Made by a program: the position numbers and the translations under genes. From positions 186,001 to 250,000 of the forward strand of contig JAPEUD010000004.1 of assembly GCA_026026165.1 (NCBI GenBank): a stretch of 64,000 nucleotides of DNA, read 5' to 3'. A model generated the notes under the pieces. That model worked only from the letters and a program-made list of their open reading frames with translations. It was not told where the DNA came from and made no database searches. The stretch's first letter is position 1. Each line of letters opens with the position of its first letter. This DNA comes from Sarea resinae (taxonomy: Eukaryota). Positions 1-13,787 of the stretch are shown here, in pieces.

Positions 1-284
1 GAAGTTGATGAGAAATTGATGAGAAATACGTTGTGACTTTCATAGATACGCCGGCGACCAAACGCCTGAAATGAGAAAAGAAGGAAGACACGCGCCCAAA
101 AGTTGCTTGTTTATTGCTCATGATCGGAGAATGGCTGAAGAAACGAGCAGTAAAACTTTCAGATAGTAAAGCCGTAAAAACGTAAGCAAAAAGGAATTTA
201 GTCCGAGATGAAAACAAATAGTCACTTCAATAATAGGAAGAAGTAGAGCCAGCTCGAGATTCAATGGGTGGGTGTTCGTGTCGG

Positions 285-1566
285 TCATACGTCCGGCACG
301 GAAAAGTGGTCAGGGGAATCATGGTAAGATTCTTGACGGTCTTTAGTCGAGGTAGATGTTTCGGACTTCGCATCGTCTGGCACACCGTGTAGTTCTTCCC
401 ATTTCCGGGCGCAGTACTTGGCGGGCCATTTCTCCACCGCACCAAAGTCGAGCATCTGTTGTTATCAGCTTTGGATCTCGTAGGGGTTGCGGCTCAGATT
501 TACCTTCGCGCCGATTATGTCGAATTTGAATTTTTCCCAATACTCATGAGCTTGTTGGAGAGCTCGTATCTGTGTCCTTGATATCAGTATCGTGATCCAA
601 GGATAAGCCAAGTATTGAGTCTCACATCAATTTCGGTCCATGTCCGCAATCTCTCGCGCAACCTCTTGTAGCGCATCTGCAGAGCAGGTACCTGAAATAC
701 CTTTCCCAGCTCGACTTGAAACCTCAAAGCGATATCTTTCCAAGGCAGAAACTCTTCGTCTTTGAGCTTTAACAGCAACTTCTCTTCCTCGCTAAGCTCT
801 ACCGAACTGGGATTCGACTCGGCTCGTTTTCTTCGTTTCGGCGGGCTGCTTGCGGATTCTTCATCATCGCGGTATCGTTTGAGATTGTTTATCTGTTCCA
901 ACCCCGCTGGATGTGGTGCGATAGGCACAGGGACCCATTTCTTCGGGGCCGCGTGAGGATCAAGCTTGGAGACGCCAAATGTCCCATACATCTGTGGGGA
1001 CTCATGCCTTGCCGAAAGGTTTGGTGAGTTCTCGTAGGATGCTTCTTCGACAGCTTCATGCTGAATGCGTAGCGGATTCCCCGTATAGATGAGATCTTCG
1101 ACATTTCTGCTAAAGCTCTGGGGGCTGCTCCTGGGCTGCAGGTTTGGTGTGAATGACTGGTATGGAGATGATCCCGCAGTTGGACCTTGTGGGGTATTAT
1201 AGGCAGTAGAGGCCTGCGAAAGGGCAGGAGTCGGGTAAGTATAATTGTAGAGATGGTCGTAGGAGAGCTGAAGGGCACAATAATGTAAGTTTGACGTTCA
1301 CGGAGCGAGCGAGCGATGAGGAAAGAGCTGGTACGTCGAATCGTGAAGTGTCAAAGTCAAAAGTAGCAAGAATATTGGAGGGGTTGCCCTTCGGTCGGGT
1401 CCAGAGATGCGCGATTCGCGACAGGGCAAGCAAGACTTAGGCGACTCAGACTTAAACTTACCGGCGGTGAGCCCCAACCATCTCGCGAACACGCCGGCAT
1501 CCCCGCCATCTGATTCGGGTACAGTAGATCGGGCATTGGACCGAATACAGACTCGGTGGATGCCAT
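285..1566 (-). CDS. Myb/SANT-like helix-turn-helix domain protein (spliced, 4 exons), putative transcriptional regulator
   Basis: ATG at 1566 (MASTESVFG) with GT-AG introns at about 1461-1268, 625-578 and 503-457. Exons give LSEEEKLLLKLKDEEFLPWKDIALRF...PALQMRYKRLRER and a second repeat (IRALQQAHEYWEKFKFDIIGAK-MLDFG..KWPAKYCARKWEEL). Basic NLS PPKRRKR; TGA at 285-287. Confidence 0.7.
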
Positions 1567-4500
1567 ATTCCTCCTCCTGCTCCTATCCCGCAGAGTACCC
1601 GCCCCCGCCGATGATGTGGGAGCTGAAGGCGTAATGTTGCTCGTCGAACTGGTAAGACGGTGAGGAAAAATGGTGATGGTATTTTAACGATAGTGGCAGT
1701 GTTGATTGAACCGGACCGCGCGTGAAGATTGGACGATTTGGATCGTCGAGTCACAAGACGGGAGAAATGGTGAAGACGGTGGAGCACTTGTTCTATAATC
1801 CCTCGCAGCTCAGATGAAATGGAATGGGCTCCGTGAAAAGAAAAGCCAAAATACTGGATGGTAATTGCTGCACACTGTCTCGCTCTCTCTGGCCAACAAC
1901 CGTCGTGCAGAATGGGAGGGGGAGGGGCTGCTAAATAGCAGAGCAACCGATCGGTCGGGCTACCTTGGGCAAGATGATGGCTTGCAGGCCCTGAGCAGCA
2001 GCGTCACCATGGATCAGAGAGGCCGCAGAATGAAAGTATGTATGGAAAATAGCACAGCCGTGACAGCACAGCACCAAAACACATGGCCTCTGCTGTCGAC
2101 CTGGAAGAGGTAAAGTAAGGTAAGGTAAGGATGGCAAGGTTCAGGTTGTGGTAGTCTTACCCTCGAATGCAGACTATACTACTCTGATCATCTATCTTAA
2201 TTGAGCAATTCCTGGACCTTGTCTGCCTCGCCATCATCTTTTGCCTACATCTAGCACGGTGGCTAGCGGGGACGATGTACTTCGTACGGTGTAATCCAAG
2301 TTTAGATGTTTCAGCCTTCTTGAACGGGAAACGGTTGGCTGCTGTGCCAGACCCCCACAGAAGGCTAACACTGATGCTAGCCATCGTGCTAACTTCACCT
2401 TGCGGAGTCTTACGACGCGAGGGCAGGTAGAGTGCAGACTGCGCTGGAGGTCCTGCACGGCGGTCCAGGGCATCCATGAAGGGACAGGAAGGGGCAGACC
2501 CTGGGGCCCTGGATGGTCCCGTCCTTCAATCGGCCACGCTTGGTACATTGGATGTAGATGCTGCTATCACTTAAGGTACACTTCGACACCACCTCAGGCA
2601 GCAGCTAAGGTGTGACTACGACATGGGCATCGACGAGTAGTGGCAGAGTTAGAGAATGATGGCCTGCACTAAGGCACCACGGTAGGGGTTCCCAGTCTGT
2701 TCCCCAGTATCTTACCGACTGTGCCCCTCGCAAGCATCGCTCTGTAAGGTAAGTAGTCACTTACTGCCGGTCTGTCAGGCGTACTAATCATCGATTTGTC
2801 AGTGCACTTCTTACCTGGAGTGGGTATACTCTACATATCGACTTTGCTCCCTTCCGTACGTATGCCCCAGACCGGTGGGAGAGGAGGAATGGATCGAGTA
2901 TGCTAGGTCAGGGAAGGTCGCCGGCATGGGTGTGGTATGGCTGGCCTCAGCCCTCGTTGCTCGTTCGTCCTCAAGATCGGCACTGCTGCAAGGCCACGGC
3001 TCGCTTGGAGTCCGAGTCCGTGGTTCTATTTTTTGCGACGAGGACTATCATTGGGTCTCTGGTCACACTAGACTGGCATATTGGTGTCTGTGGGTCTCAT
3101 TGCACGCGCCCGTCAGCCATTCATCCGTCAAGATGTCAGTGGCAGCAGTACTTCGATGCAATGCTAAGCTTCTCGACAGCCAACTTGGAAAGGTAAGGTA
3201 AGGTAAATTAAGGTACAGTAGGGTAGGACTAGGTATGACTACATGAAGTATGACTGAGTGCTTGAGCGTCAATTGCCAAGTCGTAAATAGACAAGAAATC
3301 TGGAATAGACTTTTGGAATGTGCGGTTGCCATTGTAGGTAATTCTGGACGAGTGCGCTGGGCGCCTGTGTATCTGTTTGTCTGCCTCCCATCTGTCTGTC
3401 TCTGACCGTCTATCTTGATGCGAGTCTATATTATTTCCGATCAACAATTTCTCTCCGAGTGAGAGCTACGGTAGCTCCCGACCCGGGCTGGGAGTCTATC
3501 CCATGAGAAGCTACAACAAGATGTGTAATGGATGACAGTACTTCGTACATTAGTGCAGTCAAGTACCCTTCTTACCCGACCTTCGGTAAGATATACCTTG
3601 GCTCGTCCCTAGGTCGCAGAACAATGAGCGTGTACAAAGTACAGAGTACTCTCGAGAGGAAAAGAGACGAGCGAGATGGGGGACGACCCAACCGAAACCA
3701 GGAAGCCCAGGGGACCTCATGGAGATCAGCTTACATTAGCTTGACACTGCTGCACTGGGCAGGGCCAAAAGGGCAAGAGCCACCCCGTTTCCCAATCGGG
3801 CCCGTGCTACCTCGTGGCCTGTAATCCTCCCGTCTCCCGCCTCTCCCGCCTCTCCCCCGCAGTAGAATTGGCAGAACTTGGCTTCTCCCGCCGGAGAAAG
3901 GTAATCAATGAACTCCAGAGAGAGAGTCGTCTTATTCTCGAAGAGGCTGAGCTGATCGTATTGTCACACTCATCATGTCCGACCTCCGATTCGGGTCGTC
4001 GTGACGCCGCTCATACATTCACAAGCAAATGCCGTTCCTGGCCTGACAATTGAGTCGGCTTTATCTTATACCGATACCAATGTCAGCCACCCGCAGGAAC
4101 GGTTCTGATGGCTTCCATGATCAACGTCCATCCCTCTCTTGGCATCGAAGTATTGGCCCAAGTCGAAGGATTTGAACGGCCATATGGCAAACTGCCAGTC
4201 ATTGTGCTTATCCGGCCCTCACCTTGCGCATACTCATTTGCCGTTCTGTGATTTTTCCGGAGAAACCATCGTTATCAGCAGGGACATCATCATACGGACG
4301 TAAATTTCGCCCTCATATTAGTCCGTGACTTCATGGCTTTCTTCCCTTTCCAGGGCTTTTCGCACGTATGCTAAGGGTGCTGTATGGAATGGTACCTAAA
4401 GGAATGGGTTACGACGTAATGAGCAAGTGCGGCTGAACAGCAAGGTAAGGTACATAGCCGACAAAGCATTATTCTCGCAAGCTTCGTCAAGTCAGGACAT

Positions 4501-7500
4501 CAACGATCCTGTGACAAATGACATGCAGCAGGGGTAGATAGACTTTCCTGGGTTGCCTGGTTGTCTGGTTGTATGGGGAATCGGATGGCTTGTCCTCCAC
4601 CAAAAGTCATTCATCGATCGCATGGAAGTCCTCTAGTGGTCGTGAGGTGACTGTTCGTGCTTCGACCGAGTACTTTACAGTGTCTCCAGAGCTTGATACA
4701 GCAAGTAGGTTGGTAGTGTGGGATCTAGCGCGAAAAGCCATCCGCACCAGAAGAACATGAACGTACGTTTCTGGACGGATCGAGAGCACGAGTTGAGCTG
4801 AGATTTGAGCTCACAGCTCAGGCAAACATCCAATTCAGACAAGCACAGAAGCGCCCTTCCAACTGCATCCATCTTTGACCATTCCACAATCATTATCTGC
4901 TCTGATCGCCGATCTAGCTCTGCCACATGGAATTCGTCATGATTTTCGGGTGGGCACGCGTCTCTCCGTCGCGCTCAACTTGTGATTGGCGCCGGCAATG
5001 GCTCAGTCTTCAATCTCACGTCGGTCTTTTCTCGCCGTACCTGAGAAGGCCGGTTGGAGTCCTCATCGACTGGAGATGATTATTGCAAGGACTTACGACC
5101 AACGGTTTAATGAACACCTGCGACTTAATCTTTGCCAGCCTGTAGTTCACAAGGATTGCTCGATCCAAGCTACAGCGAGGTTTCATTGACCGTATCTGTG
5201 GCGGCTCGCAGAGTGGGAGAGGCCAGTGCTTGCATTACGTATAGCAGTGTACAGTCTCCTGAATTTCTCGAGGTAGCTTGTCTGCTTGCTTTGCTTTTCT
5301 TGTCTGGTCCGTGTGCTTTGGCGCGATCCCTTCACGACTGCAACAAAACTAACACGGAACGGACAAATTGTGAAGAAGCTATGATCTTTGACGCTTGATT
5401 AGATATCTACTGCTGTTGTTCTCCACACCAAAGCTTTGATAGCAAGCATTTGGGAGTATCTGATTGCGATCCGGTCCTGTTCCTGGCATCTAATCTAGCT
5501 GTTCGAGGCAGCTGCTTCAGCAACACCAACTCAAAATATTCAAGTATACAGCAGTAGAGGTGACTTTATGACTTGATTCGTATACGGCCATATCAAAGGG
5601 TCCGCATCCATGGCGCTCATCATAGATGGCCTCATCCTGAGATAACCCCAAGGAACTATGCATTTACCGGCTACTTTTCGGTCTAGAGGCACCGCCTAAG
5701 ATTGCGAGCTCAACTTGATCAAAGGGTCGAACTCAACCGACAAGCGTGCGGGTTGTTCAGGTCCTGGTTGGCCGTGAAGTTCTTGTGAAGCATTTAATGC
5801 AGAAGTGTATACGTCCGTAAGCGGAGACAGCAACTAGAGTATACCTTTTCCAGTTCCACCTTCCGTTGGATTATCGATACCCTAAGGCAACAGCTTCGAG
5901 TTACTCACTTGCTAGCTTCAACGTGCAAGATACCCACACTGAGGTTTCAATGCCACCAGCGATATCGACGACTATCTGTGCCTCCAGGGTATTACACTGC
6001 CTTCCTCGGATTGGATAGTACCTATCGGCCGTAAATGTAATTCCTGAGCTGATATGACTGAAACGTTGTAAGAAGGAACCTCAGGTGGCGAAGACGGGAC
6101 TTCCATGACATTCAGAAGTGGACCTGATGCTTCAGCCTACAGAGAACAATGATCGACGAGTGTTACAATCAAGATCGCCCCCTTTCACTTTCACAGATTG
6201 ATTTACAGGTGAGATGTGCATTATCTCGACCTTGGCACGGCCCTCGAACCCCCACGGGCGATCAGACAGAAGACTGTAACATACGAAGTTCCAGTGCGGC
6301 CTTTCCCGCCTGGTACTGTTCTGCTTGCGACGGGCGGAATTGTGCGCATACCGTATGGTACGCTCCCTACTCGGTAGTACTTCATAGATCTCTTAGTACC
6401 TATGGCAGCTGCCTCTTGGCCAGCACTACTTTGAAGTACATTACCTAAGGTAGGTAGGTATTCAACTTCGCATCATGGATGTCCCGTGACGCTTCAGATG
6501 CAAGCAGGGTATGGAACGGATCCCGTTGATAGACAACGAGTGATACTGGAACAAGTAATGTCTTCTCTGATGTGCAGAGATTAAGGAGGCCAGGTAAGTA
6601 TCCGTAGTAGGTAGTAGGGGCTTATCCTGCATATCCCAGACATGCTGCTGTCGAGTACTCTGTAGAATCACAGTGGATTGATTGCCTTACGTACGTAAAG
6701 ATCTCTACCACTACTCTCCTACTGGAGTAAGTATCTACCTGGTACTGTGTACGAAGTACCTTGAACACTTCACGCTGGGACGAGAACATTGGCGACTAAG
6801 ATTCAGGGCGACTCGTTACCTACCTCTGTCTACGCGATGGAGCCCTAGCGGTGGTAGCCCACGAGCGAGGGCCTCGAGGTCGACACCTTAGGCACGCTAG
6901 ATACGTAGTAGTTCCAGTAAGTTGCATCCCCTCATGTACGACTTCGTCTTAACATTTCGCTACCTCACGCGTTCTCCAGGATCAAGGAAGAGAATCTACC
7001 CAGTCCTCAGGGCGGCAAAGCAAAAAGTGCGCAAGACGACCTGACAGGCAAGGCGAGTACAAACCTGGAATCTTAGTGTACGAGCTATCGTCATGCTAAT
7101 CGTACCTGCGAGAAGTACTAGCTAGGTGATGATTTGAATTCAAGAGGTCCCTGCTGCATTCATACCTAGGATGGACGCCTGAGCAGGGTTCTCTATGGCG
7201 CAGGGCTAACGTATCCGCACCGCTTCTGCACCGTTACAATCATTGTCGGCAGGGGCGCTTTGGCTAAAGTTACCGACAAGAAATCTCCCCAGCGATACTT
7301 TCACGTCGGCGGGGCTTCCCGAGATCGTCTCTGGCAAGGGTCCTCCACGTGCAGCTACAGCCCCTGCCACCCCCGTTCATCTGGTCAGAGCGGGGTCGAG
7401 GAGTGCTTGTCTAGGATGAGCAGTACTCTTCTCCTGGTGAGAGGGACAGCCTATCCGTACTCTACGGAGTACAGACCACCCTGCGAGACCTCCCCCAAGA

Positions 7501-10147
7501 GGAACTGAGAAGAGAGCTGAAGAGAGTCAGCATAGCCTGTGATCGGAATTGGCAAAGCCATCCAATCTCCTCATGCGCTCACAATCGCTCGGCCATTGAA
7601 AACATAAGCATACACCGAGAGTCATTTCCTTGTCAGACTTTTGTCATCTCACCAATCGCGACATTACTCTTTGCTCCAGTGCGTGGCTCCTTCATGGTGA
7701 TCGACTGATGAAGTGCTTGGTTTCGAGTTGCGAGTGCGCGCTCTCGACTTCGCGTCGACATACCCTGGCAAGAGACAGTTTACTGGGATCGGCTATCGTA
7801 ATGCATCATGGGCTCTCTAGGTCATCCTCTATCCGACGACGGCTGAGGCAAAGCGACTGTTTTGGGTGGAATTCAACTACCATTGGTCGTGTTGCCACCC
7901 ACTTGATCAACCTCACGCGACCCAATCAAGGTGGGAATCTATGGTGCACTCTCGCTTGCGATCTCTCACCTTATAGGGACATCAATGTGTGGTGTGGGAA
8001 AGTCCCCGGCCCGATGCATCGCCTACTTTCTTGGGGATCCCGAGCCCCCGGCCCTTCCCCATCACCATGCCCACCACCCTGATTCCTCTCGCGGTGCCCA
8101 GCTTCCTTGTCGATGCCCACGCTCATGATACACGTGCAATCATGGTTCAGTCTGGGTGCAGTGGGCCCCTGTCCTAAAGAAAAGCGCTAGTCAGGATTCC
8201 TAGTCTTCTTAGATGATGCTTACTCGTCCACAATACGATTACCGCCCATGAGCTACTGGGGGAAGAACAATGATGCCCCTTCGGACTAATTGTTTATTTC
8301 GCATGCGAAGAAGTCGAACGGTTGACGAACACCTTGCCGGATGGAGAACAGCAAGAACGCCAGAGCCGAAATTCGCCGTTGCCAACCGCAATGATCGCCA
8401 ACCTTCGTTCCGCGTTCTGCTGGTCTGAAGACGATCGGTATGGTCTTCTTCACCCATCAGAGCTAATACTGAGGCTACTACTCAGCACTACTCCTGGTGA
8501 TCCTAGACTTTGGCCTCAGACGAGGTAGGTTTGAAATACTCTACAGCACTGGTAACATTTAGTCTGAAGGTTATACAATAGGGCATCCACTTCGACGATA
8601 CCTCGTATTATCATTGCCTACGAGATGACTGATGAGCTTACGCTTCTGACGTTAGGCTCACGAAGAGCGAAATTAAGGTTTACGAAATCAGGGACCCGTT
8701 ACCTATTAAATTGTTTCGGTTACACGCAGAACAGACCAGTGGCGGCGGCAAGGTCGTAATGCTTTGTTAACGTGCTTTTAGCGGTGGTGCGCGATGCAAG
8801 TTGATGGTACCTTAGCAGACCGCGTGGCCAAATGTTTTCGATGCATGCTATCTGTGTCGATCACTCACTGATCGATCACCAAGCCGATTATGTTGGACGA
8901 CGATCGCTCTCACCGTCTCAATCATTTCCAATCTGAGGATTGTTCGGCAAGGCTTACTTGTACAAGTCCTATCTTGCTATTAACGCAGACGGGCAGGCTT
9001 TTGATACGCGGGACGCTGGCTTTAGCATTCGCGTGATCAAACCCGTGGCCACTATTGATCTATTTTGCGTTTTCTGGTTTGCGTAGGTATCTCAAATATA
9101 TGGCTTCATAGAGCTTTTCTATGATAGTTGGGATGTCTTCAAACATGACCGTTTGCTAAATAGACCATTACCCTCGATTTATCTACTGAGATGTGCTGAT
9201 CCCTTCCTTGTCACCCACTCCCAGTACTACAGGCTAGGAACATTAAAACTTAAGAGACTGGAGGAATATAATCAGTTCTGATTATCAAACAATAGATACT
9301 ACAGGATAATGTAAAATTAAGGCATCTTTAAGACTCGGTGACATTCCATTTTCCTTTCATTTTCATATCATCTAGTATCTTTCCCAAACAACTTATCGTG
9401 TCTGGAAATCTCTTTTCTGTTTTAGATTAAAGGGGTATGCTGATAATCCTATTACTGTTAGAGTAGCAGTAAAGATACATTCATTATATTTTGACATACA
9501 TATAATGTTCTGTATTCAGAGCCGATATCGTATGTTCTTCTTGGCTGTCTTGCCTGTGGGTTGAAAGATAGATGAACGTGACATTATAACAGGAGCATCT
9601 CTCTTGCAAAGGAAAACATTAATGTTGATGTCGTAGTGAAGTGGCGGCGTCGATATTGTGCAAAGTACAAGGTAAGGGTACTCCGAGTACGTAATCGGTG
9701 CGTGGCTTTCATGAGCCACATCAAATGTACCGTCGGCTTGTACCTCTGTTACGTCGTTGCTCTCATTTCACAGCCTCCTCTGGAGTACAGCTCACAGTTT
9801 GAGCGCTGCCGGCAACCGTCGAGCTTTACCTTCTCCAAGCCTACAGAATCTAGCAAAAATACAATTTGTACGACGTTGGGACCGCAACCGCTATTTTCAA
9901 AGGTCGTGTGTGATCCGAGGTGATGATACGCCACCCCTTGATCAAGGTCGTGAATCCTTGGCACCTCCGTCAACGCATCGACTCCGCACGCTTCTGTTGA
10001 CCACATTCTATCTATATCGGTGGAGTGTCTGAGAGCGCTCAAGCTGCATCTGAGGATCGTATGCTCATCAACCCGTATCCATAGCTCTTTCTCCATCTCT
10101 CAGCTGTCGCTGAGGCCTGGCTCTGAGCTGGGCCGTCTGTGATCGCA

Positions 10148-11333
10148 ATGCCGCTACACATGAATGTATTCCGCATCCTGGGCGATGTCTCCCATACCGC
10201 GTCCAAATGCATCCTCATTTGGTCCATCCATTCGAACAAGAGTGCTGAAGGTAAAGCAAGATCTTCGCGGAAGCCTGCAATTTACTGAAATCATCCATAG
10301 GTGTGTCACTCATCACGCAAGCTCTCTATGTGCTTGTCTTCATAACCAGATACCTGGATCTATTCTGGACTAGTCCCCGCGTATCAATTTGGAATTTTGT
10401 CCTGAAGAATTTCTATATACTGTCATCAGTTTATATTATTCTGCTGATGACTCGGATATATGCGCGGACGCGTGAGAGGGAGAAGGCTTGGCGGTTGGGG
10501 TTATATTGTCTAGGAGGTTCTCTGGTTACTTCGCCCCTGATTACCCTCATTTTTCACAAAGAGCACCACTTCCTCAGACGAGGAGAAGTATGTATAGATC
10601 CCTGAATATGCTCAAGGGAATAACTCTGATCTCTTCGAAGGTCCCCTGGGTCTTCTCCATCATCCTCGAATCTGTCTGCGTTCTTCCTCAGCTTCTCTTA
10701 CTCCGCCAAACGACCGTACCGACCGTCATTGACTCCTTCTACCTCTTAACTCTCGGCTCCTACCGTGCCTTTTATATCTGCAACTGGATTGTTCGATTGG
10801 CCTCGAAAGAACACTACTGGGATTCCATCGCTGTCATCTTTGGCATCATTCAGACGGCCTTCTACGTCGATTTCGCCTGGGTCTACTGGTCTCGCCAGCG
10901 CGTCAAGCTCCGCGCCGGCGGAGTTGTTGACTCAGATGATCTGAGCCGTGGATGGCTCATCAGCCGCATCCTCGGCCATAAACACAATGAACTCGAAGAT
11001 GAAGAGACGACGCATGCCTTAGATGAGGATGACGAGGACGATGAGAGTGGGCGTAGGGCTGCCTCGAGAAGGACCACGTCTAGTAGCGGTCGTTGGGGAG
11101 CCCGTGGCATTTCCGTCTCAGCGGACCATGGCCTACCCGATACGCCGTCTCGCGGCCATGTTCATCCTGGCGATGTGAAAGCGAGGCTTGCACTAGACTC
11201 ACCAGCCGATGAGCTAGGAGATATACTGGAAGGCGACGAGGACGAGGGTTTGGGCCCTAACATTTCTCCTGCTTTTGCACAGGAGACCGGCGTGACGAGT
11301 GGGGAGGAATGGAGGGATGGCTCGGGGAAGTAG
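10148..11333 (+). CDS. ERD2: ER lumen protein retaining (KDEL/HDEL) receptor family protein with long acidic C-terminal tail; 3 exons
   Basis: MNVFRILGDVSH, QALYVLVFITRYLDLF, SIILESVCVLPQL, LGSYRAFYICNWIVR and QTAFYVDF motifs. Introns 10251-10300 and about 10588-10640. Alternative start at 10160. Confidence 0.9.
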
Positions 11334-12391
11334 AAGGGTGTTGTAAGCTCTTCAGGCTGGCATTATCCCAGCGACCAAAGCACCATTGACCTGTCATACT
11401 ACTCCTTGGTCTTGAGGATGTTTAATCTTACCACCACCTGCTCCCGTGCAGTGATCTAGGAGTCGCAGTTGTCCGCGCAACTTTCTTGATACCCACACGC
11501 TCTCGTCCTCTCTGCTATTTGCGCTGCTCGCTCAATAAAACATGTTCATAGGAAGGAGGTGAAGGAACATGATAGGGAAGGACGGTAACAGGATGTGTTT
11601 GGTTTTATAACAAGTCGTTAGAGAGACCAATGGACATTTTACTATTCCTCGGTCTTCATACTCTTATCAATAGATTCGTATCTAGCTGTATGTGCATCCT
11701 TGCCTGAATCGGATTGCATAAGCTGACCATTTGCTTTTTTAGCTCGTTAAGGGAGTATGTGATCTGATTTGATGCAACATTTTTCATAGAAAGGTAGTAT
11801 GGTGCAACTGGCAAATCCTCCTAGCGGTTTCAAATTCACACCTTCCATCATTGGAAGGTCGTAGGACCGAGTCCCGCCCGGACGTTTTACGCTGCGGCCA
11901 ACAATAAATGTCTCAGTTGGGTAACTTAGACAGCCTTTCAACACTGGGGCGACTCATTGAGCAAACCTCCTATAAATACTGGGAGAGTATCGTAGGACTA
12001 CTCGCAAGAGTGGCCTGAGCTTTTGTCACTTTCTTTGTACGGCTTGTTTTCGATTTGCTTTTGAGACTCTGCCAGCGGGCTTTTTAGTCCAATTCAAGTG
12101 CTCATCAATGTTATAATTGGAAGTCAAGATACGCCTGCTGCTATCGCGATGCATCGCGGCGAAGATTTAGGTATCTGATGGGTTGATTGGCTATCGGCTG
12201 TGAAGTAGATACTCGACTAAATCTTATCTTATCGATCCCGATAAACAAAATCCCCGCGGCCAGGGCCCGATGGCCACACTATGAGATGATGTCGGGTGTC
12301 GATGTGACGAGTTGACGACAATTGGCAACCCCAAAACCCTTCTCCACAACGAGACTCATCACCCATGTTTGAAGCCTAACAGTTGCTGGCA

Positions 12392-13787
12392 ATGCGGTTG
12401 ATCAAACAAAATATTGACCGCGATGGCTCCGGAACCATCACCCTCTTCCCTGAAGAGCCAGAAGATATGGTATGCACTCTTCACCAAGCCCCGCCTCTCA
12501 CTTATGGCCTTACCAGGACTGGCTGACTTTTACAACTAAAAGTGGCACGCCTACAATCTCATCCGCCCTACAGATCTCCTCCGTGCATCTGCCCTCCGCC
12601 GTGTAACCACGGAATCTTCTACTGGTGCCACCTCGTCTCATCGCGTGCACACAACCCTCACACTGCGCGTCACTTCCATCGACTTCGACCCGCAGGCCGG
12701 TCAGCTGCACGTGGCGGGCCGCATCGCTGAAGAGAACAAATACGTGAAGACCGGACAATACCACACCCTGGACCTGGAACTGCTGCGGAATTTTACGCTT
12801 GAGAAAGCCGAGGGGTGGGACAGTGTCGCGCTGGATGTGGTGCGTGAGGCTGTGGACCCGGACAAAAGGGCTGAGGTCGTGGCCGTTGTGATGCAGGAGG
12901 GCCTTGCGAATGTTTGCATCATTACCGAACATCAGACAATCCTGAGGCAAAGAGTTGAGATGAGTATTCCAAGGAAGCGGGCGGGGAGGGCGGCCGACCA
13001 TGACAAGGTGAATGACTTCCTGTCGATGCCACATCTAATCCGAAATCTTTTCTTTCTAATATTTGATTGCTAGGGACTATCGCGCTTCTTCAATACCCTC
13101 CTCGAAACTCTCCTCCGCCACCTCGACCTTTCGCTGACCCCTCCACGGCCCCTACTCCTAGCCTCCCCTGGCTTCACCGCCGCAGCCTTCCTCTCCCATA
13201 TCCTTCAAACGGCGCAAACCACGTCCAACAAACCGCTCCTTGCTCTTCGCCCTAGCATCCTAGTTGTGCACTCGTCTTCGGGCCACCTGCACGCGCTGAC
13301 CGAAGTCCTCTCCTCCCCTGAAGTGCTCTCGAAACTCAGTGATACGAAATACGCGCGTGAAACCTCCCTCATGGACACCTTCTTCACGCTACTCCGAAAA
13401 GACGATGGGAGGGCATGGTACGGGCCGCGCGAAGTGGAGCGTGCCGTAGAAAAGGGGGCGGTCGGAAGGGGTGGGGGTGTTTTGCTGATCTCGAATGCCC
13501 TCTTCAGGGCGCAGGACGTGGCTGTTAGAAGAAGATGGGTCAGGCTTGTGGACACGGTTAGAGAGAAGGAAGGCGGGGAAGTGAGGGTATTGAGCAGCGA
13601 GCACGAGAGCGGGAAGAGGTTGGAGGACTTGGGAGGGGTAGCTGCGATTCTGACCTTTCCGTTGCAAGAGCTCGATGAGGATGAGACCGGGGATGGCGAT
13701 GATGATGAGGGAAAAGGCAGTGATGATGGATACCGGACACAGCAAGGAGTGGCTGTTGCGGAGGCCGTCGAGAATCTGCAGATATAG
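12392..13787 (+). CDS. DOM34: Ribosome rescue factor Dom34/Pelota (eRF1-like); 3 exons
   Basis: MRLIKQNIDRDGSGTITLFPEEPEDM|WHAYNLI, GQYHTLDLEL, LLASPGF, RAWYGPREVERA and SSEHESGKRLEDLGGVAAILTFPL. Introns 12470-12542 and 13008-13073. Confidence 0.95.
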
